From Cenococcum geophilum (lineage: Eukaryota): 64,000 nt of DNA. The position numbers and the translations under genes are program-made. The first letter of the stretch is position 1; every line of letters begins with the position of its first letter. This document shows positions 41,901-52,561 of this stretch, in pieces. Below the pieces are notes generated by a model, which saw only the letters and a program-made list of their open reading frames with translations, was not told the DNA's origin and made no database searches. The stretch covers positions 4,774,001 to 4,838,000 of the forward strand of contig CP158636.1 of the NCBI GenBank assembly GCA_050273025.1, in the 5' to 3' direction.

Positions 41901-44900
41901 TAGTATACTTAGAGGGGTTATTACTATAAATAAGTATATTATCTAGGTACGCAGAGTAGAAGTCGTTAAGGTAATCCTATAAGGCGTTATTAATATAGCT
42001 TTAAAAGGTACCTAGGCCGTTATATACGCTAAAGGGTATAATAGTATATTTAAATTAGCCAAAGCGTAATATAAATATGGTTTTCTATTTATCACCTTTA
42101 TGTATTTGGAGATAGTTAAAGGCGGCGATAATATCGAGCTTAGTATAGATTTTGGCTTAACTAAGCCGCTTAAGGGTCTTACGTATAAGCGGTACTAGGT
42201 ATTAGTTTTTAATCGTAATAGCGTTAAATCCTCTATAGTTAACGTAGAATTAAATACCTCCTTCTAGCTTCTTAGTAAGAAGGATAGGGGTAGCTACTAG
42301 TAATATGCTAGGACGAATAAATCCTTTATTAAAGTGCTTGTTGATATACTTTTTTATAACTAGAAGTTTGTCTTTTAATATTAGGTAGGGTCTTTTATAA
42401 GATAGCATTTTTCCTTATTTAATATTAATGGCGTAGTTATTAGGTTAATATAGGGGGAGTATATCTGCGCTTTTTTATAAGCATATATTAGTAAAGTTAT
42501 AGTACCTCTTAGGGAGGAGCTTGCGGAGTTCTTCGTTAGTAAGTCCTTTTTTAAGCTTTATAAACTTCTTAAAGTCTAAAGGTAAAAGTCCGTAGAGTTC
42601 CGTAGGGGCGTCGTCTTCTAGAAGGTTAACTATATCTATCCTATTACTATAGAGGACGTAGTTTTGTTCTTTATTAAGCTTATATAGTTATAATTAGGAA
42701 GCTATAGTAACGGTTCAGCCTTTCTTATATACTATGCGGTAGAAGGCTAGGGTACTTATATAGTAGTAGTTAATTATAGGTAGGATAATAAGGGGTTTCT
42801 TGGGTTAATATCCTAGGGAGTAAATAGAGGCGGCTAGGCCATACCCTAGGCAAGTCTCTCTGCAGTATTTAGAGTTAAAGGTTACTTCTCTCTTCTTCTA
42901 GTTAATAGTGGGGTTGTATTATTTAAGCTAGTTTATTTTAAGGATAATAGGGTAGTTAGTAAGTAGTATAATATAGGCCTAAAGTTCTTCCTAGTGCCTA
43001 TTTATATCTAGGTAGAGTTGTACTATATAGGTAATCTTCTATATGGTATAATTACTATTAGCAAGTTATAGGGCGCGGGCTTTAGTAAGGGGTAAGGTAA
43101 GTAGGTTATAAGTACGCATAAATTAGGTATCTATAAATTTATTAGTAGCTCTATAATTAATTATAGAACGGCTTTTATATTATTTTTTAGTAGTAGTTCC
43201 TATTATAGGTAAAACTATCTATTTCCGTCTATTTATCTTTATAGAGTTATCTATTAAGTAAGCTAATATATAGATCTTTCTATTATTAGGGCGTCTTAAC
43301 CTATAACTTAGGGCTAGGACTTGGCGTTTTCCGTTTCCGTATCTAACTCTACCGCTATTACTACGTCTTTGTCTTATATGGTAGTAGCGTATAGCGACAT
43401 ATTTAGTGTTTAGGGTATTAGGTTAGGTATTAGGCGGTAGCTACTAAACCTAGCCATTAGGCAGTTTAGGTTATTATAATAATAGCCTTTTTAATAGTAT
43501 TTATAGTAGCGTCCTAGTTTCTAGAGTAGCTTACGCTCTTTATCTAGGAGTTTTTATAGGAAGGTTAGTATAGAGAAATCGATATTAGTTCCGGTAGTAC
43601 TTAAGGTAGTAGGCGTTGGTGGCTTAGTATATATAGGTTTAGTAGGCCTAGGGGGCTTCTATAAAGAGGTCTTTAGGTAAAAGTTAGTAGTAGCAATCTA
43701 ATTTAGTTGTCGTTTAATCTTCTATAAAGCTACTACTATATTATAAATATCGTTATAATTATGGCTGGCGGCTGCGTAACTAAGGTAATAAGTAACTTTT
43801 TTAAGGAGGTCCTTTTAGTCTTTAGTATCGTCTTAGGTAAGGGCTCCGGTATATTTCTAGAATTTAATATAGAATTTATTAAATAATTTGGTAGGGCTTA
43901 TTTTTAGGGCACATAGTTTAGCTTAGTTGGTAGCTAGTAGGTTATAGTCGCGGTATATTAGGTTAAGATTATTAAAAACTTCTTAGTAGGACTATTACTT
44001 CCGGGGGCTATTAGTCTCCTATTAGGCGAAGAGTTTGTTAAATAGTATACTTTTTATTCGCCTAATAATATAGCCGATCTTAGTGTCTTCCGTAGGAAAA
44101 AGGCAGGCGCTCTAAGTTAGTTTTTCGCGGATTTGTATCTTCTAGTGGCTATATTCCTTACGGTCTCCCTAAAAGACTAAGGGATTAAGGTAGCGTATAT
44201 TTAACCCTACGGTAGCAGTTTAGGTTTAATTATTATAGCTTTTATTATTGCTGCTTTAGTAGGGGTTTTTATTAAATAAAGCTGTTTAGCGCTAGCCCTT
44301 TGTTAAGTGTTAAGTAGGTAAGGTTGCCGGGGGTATAGAGACTTAGGTGGTGTTATATATAGTAGAGAGGTATCTAGCATTGTTATAAATGTGCTTATTA
44401 AGCTAAGATTATAGGTATTTAATTATACCTTCTCTTTTAGTGACTGTAGTAATTAGTATAATCTTAGCCTTCTTTAACTGTTGGACGTCGCGTTTAGACA
44501 CGCGGAGGTTATCTTCGGTTTCTTAACATATATTATTAGCGAGCGCCTTATAAGCTTGTAGGTCTTAGATAATATTACGATCTTAAGCAGTACGCATCTT
44601 AACTTGTATAAGCTTTAGGTGGTAGTTCTATAAAAGGTGGTAGTATTTATTAGGGTCTCGTGCTACCATTTTTGTAAACGTCTCGGCGTCTTATATTTTA
44701 ATTTTAATAGGTAGTAGCCCTTCTATTTGCTTGTCCGTAGTTATATAGTTAATAAAAGATAAGATATTATTAGTGTCCGTCTCCTTAGGGGTTAAGGCTA
44801 GGGCTAATAAATTAAATTCTCCTGGGATTAATTAGCGTCGTAGGTTAAGTATAGGCATTGGATTGTTCTTTAGGTTTAACATAGTAGCTAGTAAGGGATA

Positions 44901-45524
44901 TCGTCTTACTATTATAGGTTCCTTAAAAGTATAAAGTGAGGTAATTTGTAGACACGCTGCTTCTGGCAGCGCCTACAGTATTACAGAGACGTAGAATTGG
45001 TCGTAGGCTGAGCGTCGGTGGTAAAAAAAGGCGCAACGTAATGTCACGGGACGGGGGCAGTGGCTACAAAGCGTATGTATTCGAGGAGTCTATAAGACGT
45101 TGCGCGATCGATCGTAAGGGTCGAGGGCGTAAGGAGGTGATATACCTACGCGTAGCTGACATAAGCTGTACGCGAGGTGTACGCGAGAGCACGGGGCTCT
45201 CCTATAGAGGCCCCTGCGGTGGGGTTCCGTGACAGCTTATTAGGCGCAAACCTAGGCTTATAACCTGTTGAATTAAGGTTATAGAGCTAAAACCCCGTGT
45301 ATTGCTTATTTTCTATATAGGTGATCAAAGAGCTTTCGAGGAACTTCGACCGCACGGTCAAAGTTGTCTGATTGGTTAGATTCCTGCCAAGAGGTTCACC
45401 ACAAGTCTTATCACGTAATATCGTTATGGGCTTGTTTTCTAACAATCTGAGAGTGGGGTGTTCCTAAAAGCTATATTATAAACTTCCCAAGGCCTAAGCT
45501 TCTAGCAAGGGCCTCCTCCTCCGT

Positions 45525-47192
45525 TCACTCTAACTCCATCGTAGAGACATCCACACCGTTCGCCTGAAGGATACTCTTCACGTCTTGCCCGCAACTAATA
45601 GCGTGCTGCGACAAACCCCATTGATGGATCTCATTGATCCAGTTCTCCAGCAGTCTTACTGCAGACTTCGATATACACTTTGCTGTGCACTGTCTCCTCA
45701 TCGTACATCCATTCCAAGAATTACCGACTTCAGAACGATTGGCCTGAAGTGTCCAGATATCAAATTGCGAGCCCACGAAAGTCAAGACGTAATGTCGCAT
45801 TTGGGCCATATCAGATTCTGTCCACTTTCCTTTAGTAGACTCCAGCGCCCTACTTTTTAGTAAAAAGCGATTATAGAGCGCTAACGCTGCCGCAGTGGCA
45901 GCCTGAATCGTGGCTTGATCAACCGATTGATTATGCTTCTTAAACTCGATGGTGAAGTAGGGACATGTAATCTGATCTTGGTGTACGTATACAGCCTCCA
46001 CTAGTTCACCCCGGTAGTCCGAGTTAAATCCCGCAAGAGACAACCAGTAACTACAATCCGGCCATCTACCAAATTTGAAGTAATCTGAATCCGAATCTGT
46101 AAAGGATACAGGAGGGGCCCAATGACTACCAGCGGGGGGAGCGACGAGTTGTACCATTCTCTCCGGGTGCCACTTCCTATCCTGAGGTGGCTCGCGGAAC
46201 CGACGTTGTCGTCTTAGGAACTTATCTATTGCGAACAAAGCATATTCTTGCTCGCACAGTCCTGTGGAGTCCATATATTTATACTCTTCAATAATCTCTT
46301 CGAGAGAATTATCGTCGATCGACAGCCAAATTTGTGCAGCATCAAGCCCTTTAACGGTCTTATAGTCAATTACTTCTCCTTCAGGCGCACCCTTGGTGCC
46401 AAAATGCGTGTACGGGTTCCGCCCCTCAGTTTTCAACCCCGTAATAACAATTTTCCGGGGATTAAGGACATTTTTCTCAAAGTTCACACTGCGAACCATG
46501 ATGCGAGACTTCCTTGTATCAGTGTGAATGCCCTCTGAGTCCAGGTTATCGGGTAATATGTCTAGATCAAGTTTGCTTCGAGGAGCCGTTCGTGCTTCAT
46601 TTAATTCCTCGACGTTAGTTCCTTGCAGTGTGTTCTGCTCCTTAAGATTATTAACACTTTGCTTGCCACGAGTCCCCCCAGTGTGTGCACCAGCTGAGCC
46701 ACCACGTCCCGTACTCCGCAGACCGTCTCTTCCACGCTTTGCTTGTGTATTCCCTACCGCGCCATTGCCTTTTTCATCATTCTTACGTTTCGGCGGCATC
46801 GTTGATGAGTTTGCGGCTCGAACAATCTCCCACAAGGCTGCTGTTCGATCTGGATCTGTCGCAAGGAGTGGTCTGAATACGGACGTTGGAGGGGCAGCTT
46901 GAGGCAGGCTTGAACCACGTGTGAGTGGTTGTTTATTTGTCTCGTGCTCTAATGCCGAGAAGGGTTCTTTCGCGAAGAAAGCACCGGACGACGGTCCGGG
47001 TGCAATTGAATGGTTGATTGTCGATCTTGCTGGTCGACTGCGGTTGTATCTCCGATTCCAACTGGTCGCATGCGATTTTATCCCAGCATCGTCTTGAGGG
47101 AACTTGTTATGCTGTTTTCGCAATCTTGATGAGCCTTGGACGCGTTTATTGAGGCCTGTCCGGTCACCCTGATGGGTCTTTAAGGTTGTCAT
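45525..47192 (-). CDS. Intact ORF, putative PD-(D/E)xK restriction-endonuclease-fold protein; likely true start at 46799 (MPPKRK..., 424 aa)
   Basis: 555-codon open frame with no RIP signature. C-terminal half has WPDCSYW...CPYFTIEFKK....A..Q.A...A.ALYNR, the PD...ExK...Q pattern of fungal REase-fold proteins. Basic NLS-like segment after Met at 46799. Confidence 0.8.
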   Translation of the reverse strand: MTTLKTHQGDRTGLNKRVQGSSRLRKQHNKFPQDDAGIKSHATSWNRRYNRSRPARSTINHSIAPGPSSGAFFAKEPFSALEHETNKQPLTRGSSLPQAAPPTSVFRPLLATDPDRTAALWEIVRAANSSTMPPKRKNDEKGNGAVGNTQAKRGRDGLRSTGRGGSAGAHTGGTRGKQSVNNLKEQNTLQGTNVEELNEARTAPRSKLDLDILPDNLDSEGIHTDTRKSRIMVRSVNFEKNVLNPRKIVITGLKTEGRNPYTHFGTKGAPEGEVIDYKTVKGLDAAQIWLSIDDNSLEEIIEEYKYMDSTGLCEQEYALFAIDKFLRRQRRFREPPQDRKWHPERMVQLVAPPAGSHWAPPVSFTDSDSDYFKFGRWPDCSYWLSLAGFNSDYRGELVEAVYVHQDQITCPYFTIEFKKHNQSVDQATIQAATAAALALYNRFLLKSRALESTKGKWTESDMAQMRHYVLTFVGSQFDIWTLQANRSEVGNSWNGCTMRRQCTAKCISKSAVRLLENWINEIHQWGLSQHAISCGQDVKSILQANGVDVSTMELE

Positions 47193-47305
47193 ATGCGTGC
47201 TAAGAGTGACGGAGCAAAGACATTTGCGTGTTGTGCAAACGGTGAAGGAGGAAGGTGCGCAAGCGGTTGGAATAACATATCACACCAGTAAGCTGCGCAC
47301 CCCAT

Positions 47306-47631
47306 CCCCCACCAAAAATCACGAAAACCATAGTATAATATCTTAACAACCACTTAATAAAAACTTCTAAAATTTTATATTTAAGCTTATATATATACTT
47401 TACTTGTTTTATTTTAATTTTAAATAAATTTATAAACTGGGTATAAAGATATATAGGTTTGGCCCCTAATTGTATTTTAATCTCTATATTTTTATAATTA
47501 CTTTATAAATTACTTTAAAATTAAAAAAGAAGAAATGGAGTATATATATAAGCTAAATATAAAATTTTAGAAGTTTTAATTAAGTGGTTGCTAAGATATT
47601 ATACTATGGTTTTCGTGATTTTTGGTGGGGG
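47306..47631. repeat. ~326-bp near-palindrome (foldback/MITE-like), termini CCCCCACC...GGTGGGGG, flanked by AT on both sides
   Basis: The outer ~90 bp of the arms are near-perfect reverse complements; weaker pairing continues to within ~25-60 bp of the centre; AT-rich interior. Confidence 0.93.
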
Positions 47632-47890
47632 ATATGTTGGCGGTTGGGTGGTTTTATATAAGCAACGCGTCGTGAACAGGACCGCGCCGGACGCACGGTC
47701 CCACCTGACGCACGAAAATCGCAAAATCACCAAAATTTCAACATTGGTTAAGGGATAGGAGTCACAGCAAGAAACGTGGCTAAGACTGGCGGGAATGTAA
47801 TCTATTCCAGCTATGGAGATTATAGAGGTAGCCTATAGACTAGGAAGAAAGGACATAATGTCCGAGCACCAGCAAGAGGACACAGCAAGC

Positions 47891-48805
47891 TTAAGACCTA
47901 GGAAGACAAGGAAGAAACTCAATCGGCAGCCCCAGCTTAACCTCATCCACCATATCTTCATCGCCATCATCATCAGCCGCCTTCTCTGATGGAAAGACAC
48001 ACTCGCTTGGGATCCATATTCCATCATCGGCGTAGTTCTCTTGGTTGACATCCAGGAGACCCTCCAGGTCGAACTTGGCCAACAGCCAAGTATCTTCTTT
48101 GTTGGTATCTAACTACCGAGCCCGCACCATACGAAACCAGAGAAAGAAGACAAGAATTAGAAAATGGAAGGAAAGATGGACATGAGGCCGCCTAAGAGTT
48201 ATCATCACTATCGCCTCCAAGGGGCTTAGCTTTCGGCAGCTCGCGCTCCAGTGGAATCCAACAACCCTGTTCGCCGATGTCCTCTGTGGTGATATTAAGA
48301 GAGCCAGATTTGTCCAGTTCGTCCAAGAGCGACTTAAGTGCTGCAAAGATCCTGGGGTTGTTGTTGCGCTGGGCGGTGCGTTCATGTTTGGCGCAGTTAG
48401 AAGCCATAGACAATGTCTGAAACATGAATAATAGAAGTTGGGCCCACCTCCATGCGGGCTTGACAGCTTGCTTATTACCAAGTCTGCGTTGATCACAGGG
48501 CACCGAACTTTGGAAATAACGCTTTTGTTAAAGCTAGCGTTGTTCGTGAATAGAAAGTAGAACCTATCCTTCCTACCAGCTCTTCCCGCCAGTTCTGTAA
48601 GCTTAAAGCTAGCCCCAAAAGATAAGCTAGCACTTTGAAAGAACTCCCTGCTGCCAGCACCCTCCAGGAAGACTTCCCCGTCGATTTTGGCGTTTAAGAA
48701 CTTCTCTGCATCGTCAGGTTTGAGCGGTGTAGACAACGTCTGCTGAATCCACTCGAGCAGTTCGATCTCATCCCTACTTCTGATCTTTTGGATGGTGGGT
48801 TCATT
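47891..48805 (-). CDS. Small gene or gene fragments: SAM-like helical domain (48577-48805) followed by two segments sharing a 35-aa motif; exon structure unresolved
   Basis: PTIQKIRSRDEIELLEWIQQ...EKFLNAKIDGEVFL..GSREFFQS..LSFGASFKLTELA fits a SAM-like pattern and is followed by a GTAGGA donor at 48576. ORF pieces 48192-48503 and 47891-48085 are similar to each other. Confidence 0.55.
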
Positions 48806-49453
48806 TATGATGGGCGCTGCCTTGCTGACTTGAGAACTTCTAGGGGTTCCTCCTGGGCGCTGGTCCTCGTTTCCTAGGAGCGGTCCTTTCCTGGGGCAAT
48901 TGGCCGTCCTAGGCAAATAACAAAAGCGATACTCCCAAAGCTTAGTTGTCCTGAGGTCGACGCAATCACGAGAAACGCCAAATACCATATTATAGGGGTC
49001 ACGGCTGCTAGTGAGTGAAGTTCGTCGCGTTTCACGCACTCGTACTAACTGCTTTCTGCCATGGATTTCAGAAGAGTTTATATGCTGCAACGAAACGGCT
49101 GCGAACGAGCGAACCGATGCGTATAGTCAATATGAGCTGGGGCTGAATTTCAACGCCATGAGCATGCTTGCGCTCAACGCCATCACGACGTCGCTAGGAC
49201 GCTTCGTTGTCACATGCTTTGAATATTGTGTAGATACATGTATAGTACACGTAAGCGACAAGAATCATTGAACTCAGCTTCTCAGCTTTCTTTGGCGCTA
49301 TGACGATACCATCATTGATATCGAATAGCTGTCGTTTTGACTGCTTTGACATCCTTGCCGCCTTTCTTGACGCCTCCACCGCTTTGTCTGCCTTTCGTTT
49401 CTTCCACTGAGGATCATCAGCACGCAGCTGTTGGAAACAACGCGCCAGTCCAA

Positions 49454-51802
49454 TCAGACCTCCTTCGCCGCCTTCGCTTCATTGATCCACTCTATCTCAC
49501 GACTGCCCTTTTCATCCTCGAGATAATCATCGATCTCCTTCATGCACCTCAAGAACAGACCCTCTTTCGCTGGATCAACATCTTCCGTCTCTTCGCGGTT
49601 GTTTTGGTCAAGCTGTTTATCCCAGTATGCGTCTATGCCTAAATCGTCTCGCGGGTATAGGATTTGGCGTAGCATATCTAAGCATCTGAGAAACCTTCTG
49701 TCTCCGAGATAGGGCGGTTCAAAGTAATCTGTTATCTCCTCCACGAAGTCCTCTACGTTATTAAACCAAGATTTCTTAGCATTAGCAATGTCTTCGGAAG
49801 ATTTCTCCCCGTTGAGCAAAGCTTTAGCCAAAGGCTTGGCTTGAAAGATGGCTTCACGTTCATAATCGAGTGATGCTATCCAAATTATGACAGCGAAGTA
49901 TGATTCCATATCATGAGCTAAGGTCCTCCGACCAATTGGCTGGTGTTTAAGGAGGGCTGGCGCCATAAAGGCAGGAGTACCACTTCTGAAATTTCTGTTA
50001 GATGCTGTTCCGTCAGCGGTAAAGCATAGATTCCAGTCAACTAGTGTGCCGCGCCGATCTTCATACGTAAGGCCTCCGGTAAGCTTGCTACCTGCTACAG
50101 GAACTAATATATTCTCAATGGAGATGTCTGAAGAAAAAAAAATTTCATCAGCGCCCAGCATATAAAACACCCATAAAGAACTTACCGCCATGGATGAAAC
50201 CAGATTCTGGGAGTTTGTACGCCTCATAATAAACGATCATAGAGTCCCGTATAGTTTGCATGAGTGATTCTGGGCCCGCATCGCGCATGGCGTCCTTTAG
50301 CGGTTTGCAATAGGACATTATAATGCGGACAAGCCGCCGGTGGACCTCAATGGGGTTTTTGAAAAATTTTCTCTCAACTTCTTCCTCAAATCTGAGTCGG
50401 CGAAGGGGGGGATCTCCCGCGAGGCCTTCAGCCGCACCGGGGGCTAAGAATTTGGAAGTGTGTCCTGAAACATAGCCTGACTGCATCTTCGACATGCGGT
50501 CCGCAGTTGATGCCGGGAGAGCGACCTTACAACTTTTAGAGAAGCTGCGGGTCTCCACCTCTAACTCGTCATTGTCTCTTACTATCGCACTCTCCAAGCC
50601 ATAGATCTGTGGAAGGCCTCGGACCCCCGCATTGAGAAGAATATTGAGAATTTCCGCCTCAGGCGGCGGTGATGGTTTTTGGGGGGGCTTCTCTTCCCAG
50701 GTACTCTTCATAACCACCCTCCTCTCTGGAAACTTGGAACCTTCTTGTTCGACCCGTGTGACCCTTATGTTTCTCCCAACAAGAGAAGGACGGTAGCAGA
50801 GCAGACCGTTGGGCAATTCAAGCCATCTTTCTCCCGCATGCCGAATGTATACTAGGCTGTCTTCTTTTTCGACTGTCGGATCCTTTCCGCGGTGCTCTGG
50901 TTCCGCTATGAAACCCGAGAGAAATTCTATTAGAAATCGAGTATGCTTAGTATCCTTCACGAAATCGAGAGGCTCGGAGTATGCGGCGCAGCCGTGATCA
51001 GTATAGCAGATGTAGGCATGAGGATTTATAAACAGGATCCCATAGAGGTGGCGGCGGAAGGGTTGATGATGGAACACACTCCAAGCACCACGCAACCACT
51101 GCAAGAATTTCTGAGTGACCACTTCTTTAAAGCGCGTATGCTCAATCAGAAGCTCCACATTTGCCCATGTAGGAGACTCTCCGTCGACGTGGAAAGAGAA
51201 ATCTGGTTTGGAAGGCATCTCCTTGCCCTTATCAGTATCGGATAATGTCTTGGTGCCAGAGTAGGATAATTTTAGGTCACGAAGAACCTGTTCGGTAAGT
51301 CAGTAGAGGGCTAAGATACACAACCTGGACAACAGACCTCGTCGGAGAGTACCTGGCACAATCGATCCCCGAACAGTGTCTCTTCCCAGTTACCCTTACC
51401 AATTTTCTTCACAGGTTTGACGTCGAGCTTCGGTCGAGCTCCTGTATTTTTGAAGTCGCAAAGATATATGGAACGGAAAGTGTTCAATGGGATGTTCTTC
51501 CGCATTACTCCGCGAGCTTCGGCCGCAATCTGTGTTTCCGTGTCCGTGGCGTAAATTATATGCTCTCGCTCAATCATGCCGGAATGAGAGTGCATGCGCT
51601 TAGTGGCGGGTGTCTTGTTGAGTAGTGCGCTAACATCTTCGGCTCCCTCATTCGATGGTGGGGGTGTGTTATAAGAGGCGAGTTTAGGGGTTTTCGGTGC
51701 GCGGCCGGACTGTCCATGAGTTGATACGCCCCGCCTTTTGGCGCTCGGTGGGGTGGTGCTACCAGGGTCAGGTTTACGGGCTTTCGCTTTCTTTTTTGCC
51801 AT
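49454..51802 (-). CDS. Fungal-specific FunK1-type protein kinase, 3 exons (51802-51353, 51287-50186, 50127-49454; 741 aa)
   Basis: GT-AG introns at 51288-51352 and 50128-50185 with branch sites; splicing rebuilds the catalytic loop HGDISIENIL. Also HQPFRRHLYG, LVGR, VVMKSTW, GTLVDWNL, RSGTPAFMA, HDMESYF. Confidence 0.92.
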
Positions 51803-52561
51803 CGAAAGAGCGGACTTCTTCTAAGGCGGATAAGCATTAGAGTTGCTCGAAATTTCAACAACAAGAGACGTATCTGCAATGAAGATGCTTACGGGTTTGA
51901 GGGACTGAGGCCGCTATTATGGCGATCAAAGAGTCCTTTATCCGCAGTTGCGAGATAAGAAAACTCGTGTTGAAGGAATATACTATGCAAATCTACGAGT
52001 ATTCCTGTGGTAAAGTTGCGTTTGGAAGTCCAGCAGCTATTGTTGGCGGAAGAAAGCTTGCTTGGAATGCTACTGGTGCGTTAGAAGAAAAGGACGGGAG
52101 CTATGACTCATCCGCACGGTGGCTATGCGGTCTTGGCGTGATGAGTGCAGGGGTAAAGCCTGGCGTCCCGCTTAAAGTTTAAGCTCAGTCAAACGTCCCG
52201 GAATCTAGAATTGACCATTGACATGAGTGCAAGATTAATAGAGGGCGGCCTTCACTCGGAAAGGGAGGAAGAGCGGAAAGTAAAATGAGGCTAGGCTGAG
52301 CCCGAGCCTGAACTTGTTAAGGAATTGTAGTTAGGGAAGAGAAAGTGGTTGGAAAAAAAAATGATGGAGGTGATGAGGCTGCAGAAGTTATCCTGCCGTC
52401 AGAATTTTTAGGCGGTCAGTGGGCGGTGCGCCAAACTTCCTAATTAGGAAGGTGCAAGAACTTTTGAACCTCCGTACTCTAAACCTTATTTTTCTTAGTC
52501 CCACTTACCAAAAAAGGTTTACCCGAGTATTACCCGTTGTTTTATACTGTCACATCGTCGC

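Larger units (their letters stand above)
24335..45234 (-). mobile_element. Gypsy chromovirus, family C, complete outer element of a 3-level nest
   Basis: 193-bp LTRs at 24335-24527 and 45042-45234; TSD GCTTA at 24330-24334 and 45235-45239; PPT at 24528-24540; chromodomain ~24900-25050; RT YLDNILIY ~41930-41950; gag ~43400-44700. Confidence 0.96.

Noticed and set aside
45041..45232. 63-aa ORF
   Set aside because: Coincides with the LTR of element C; chance frame.
47263..47647. GCGGTTGG direct repeat (47263-47270, 47640-47647) as an 8-bp TSD of the palindrome
   Set aside because: The left copy is 35 bp from the palindrome arm, and the short outer inverted match (AACATATC) is not flush with it.
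48113..49090. 325-aa ORF as a single real protein
   Set aside because: Only the central SAM-like part looks protein-like; a splice donor follows it and the conserved downstream motif is in another frame.
45585..51245. Plus-strand ORFs overlapping the island genes
   Set aside because: Antisense to well-supported minus-strand coding exons, with no recognisable motifs.
51919..52182. 87-aa ORF divergent from the kinase
   Set aside because: No recognisable motif; likely promoter or UTR sequence.
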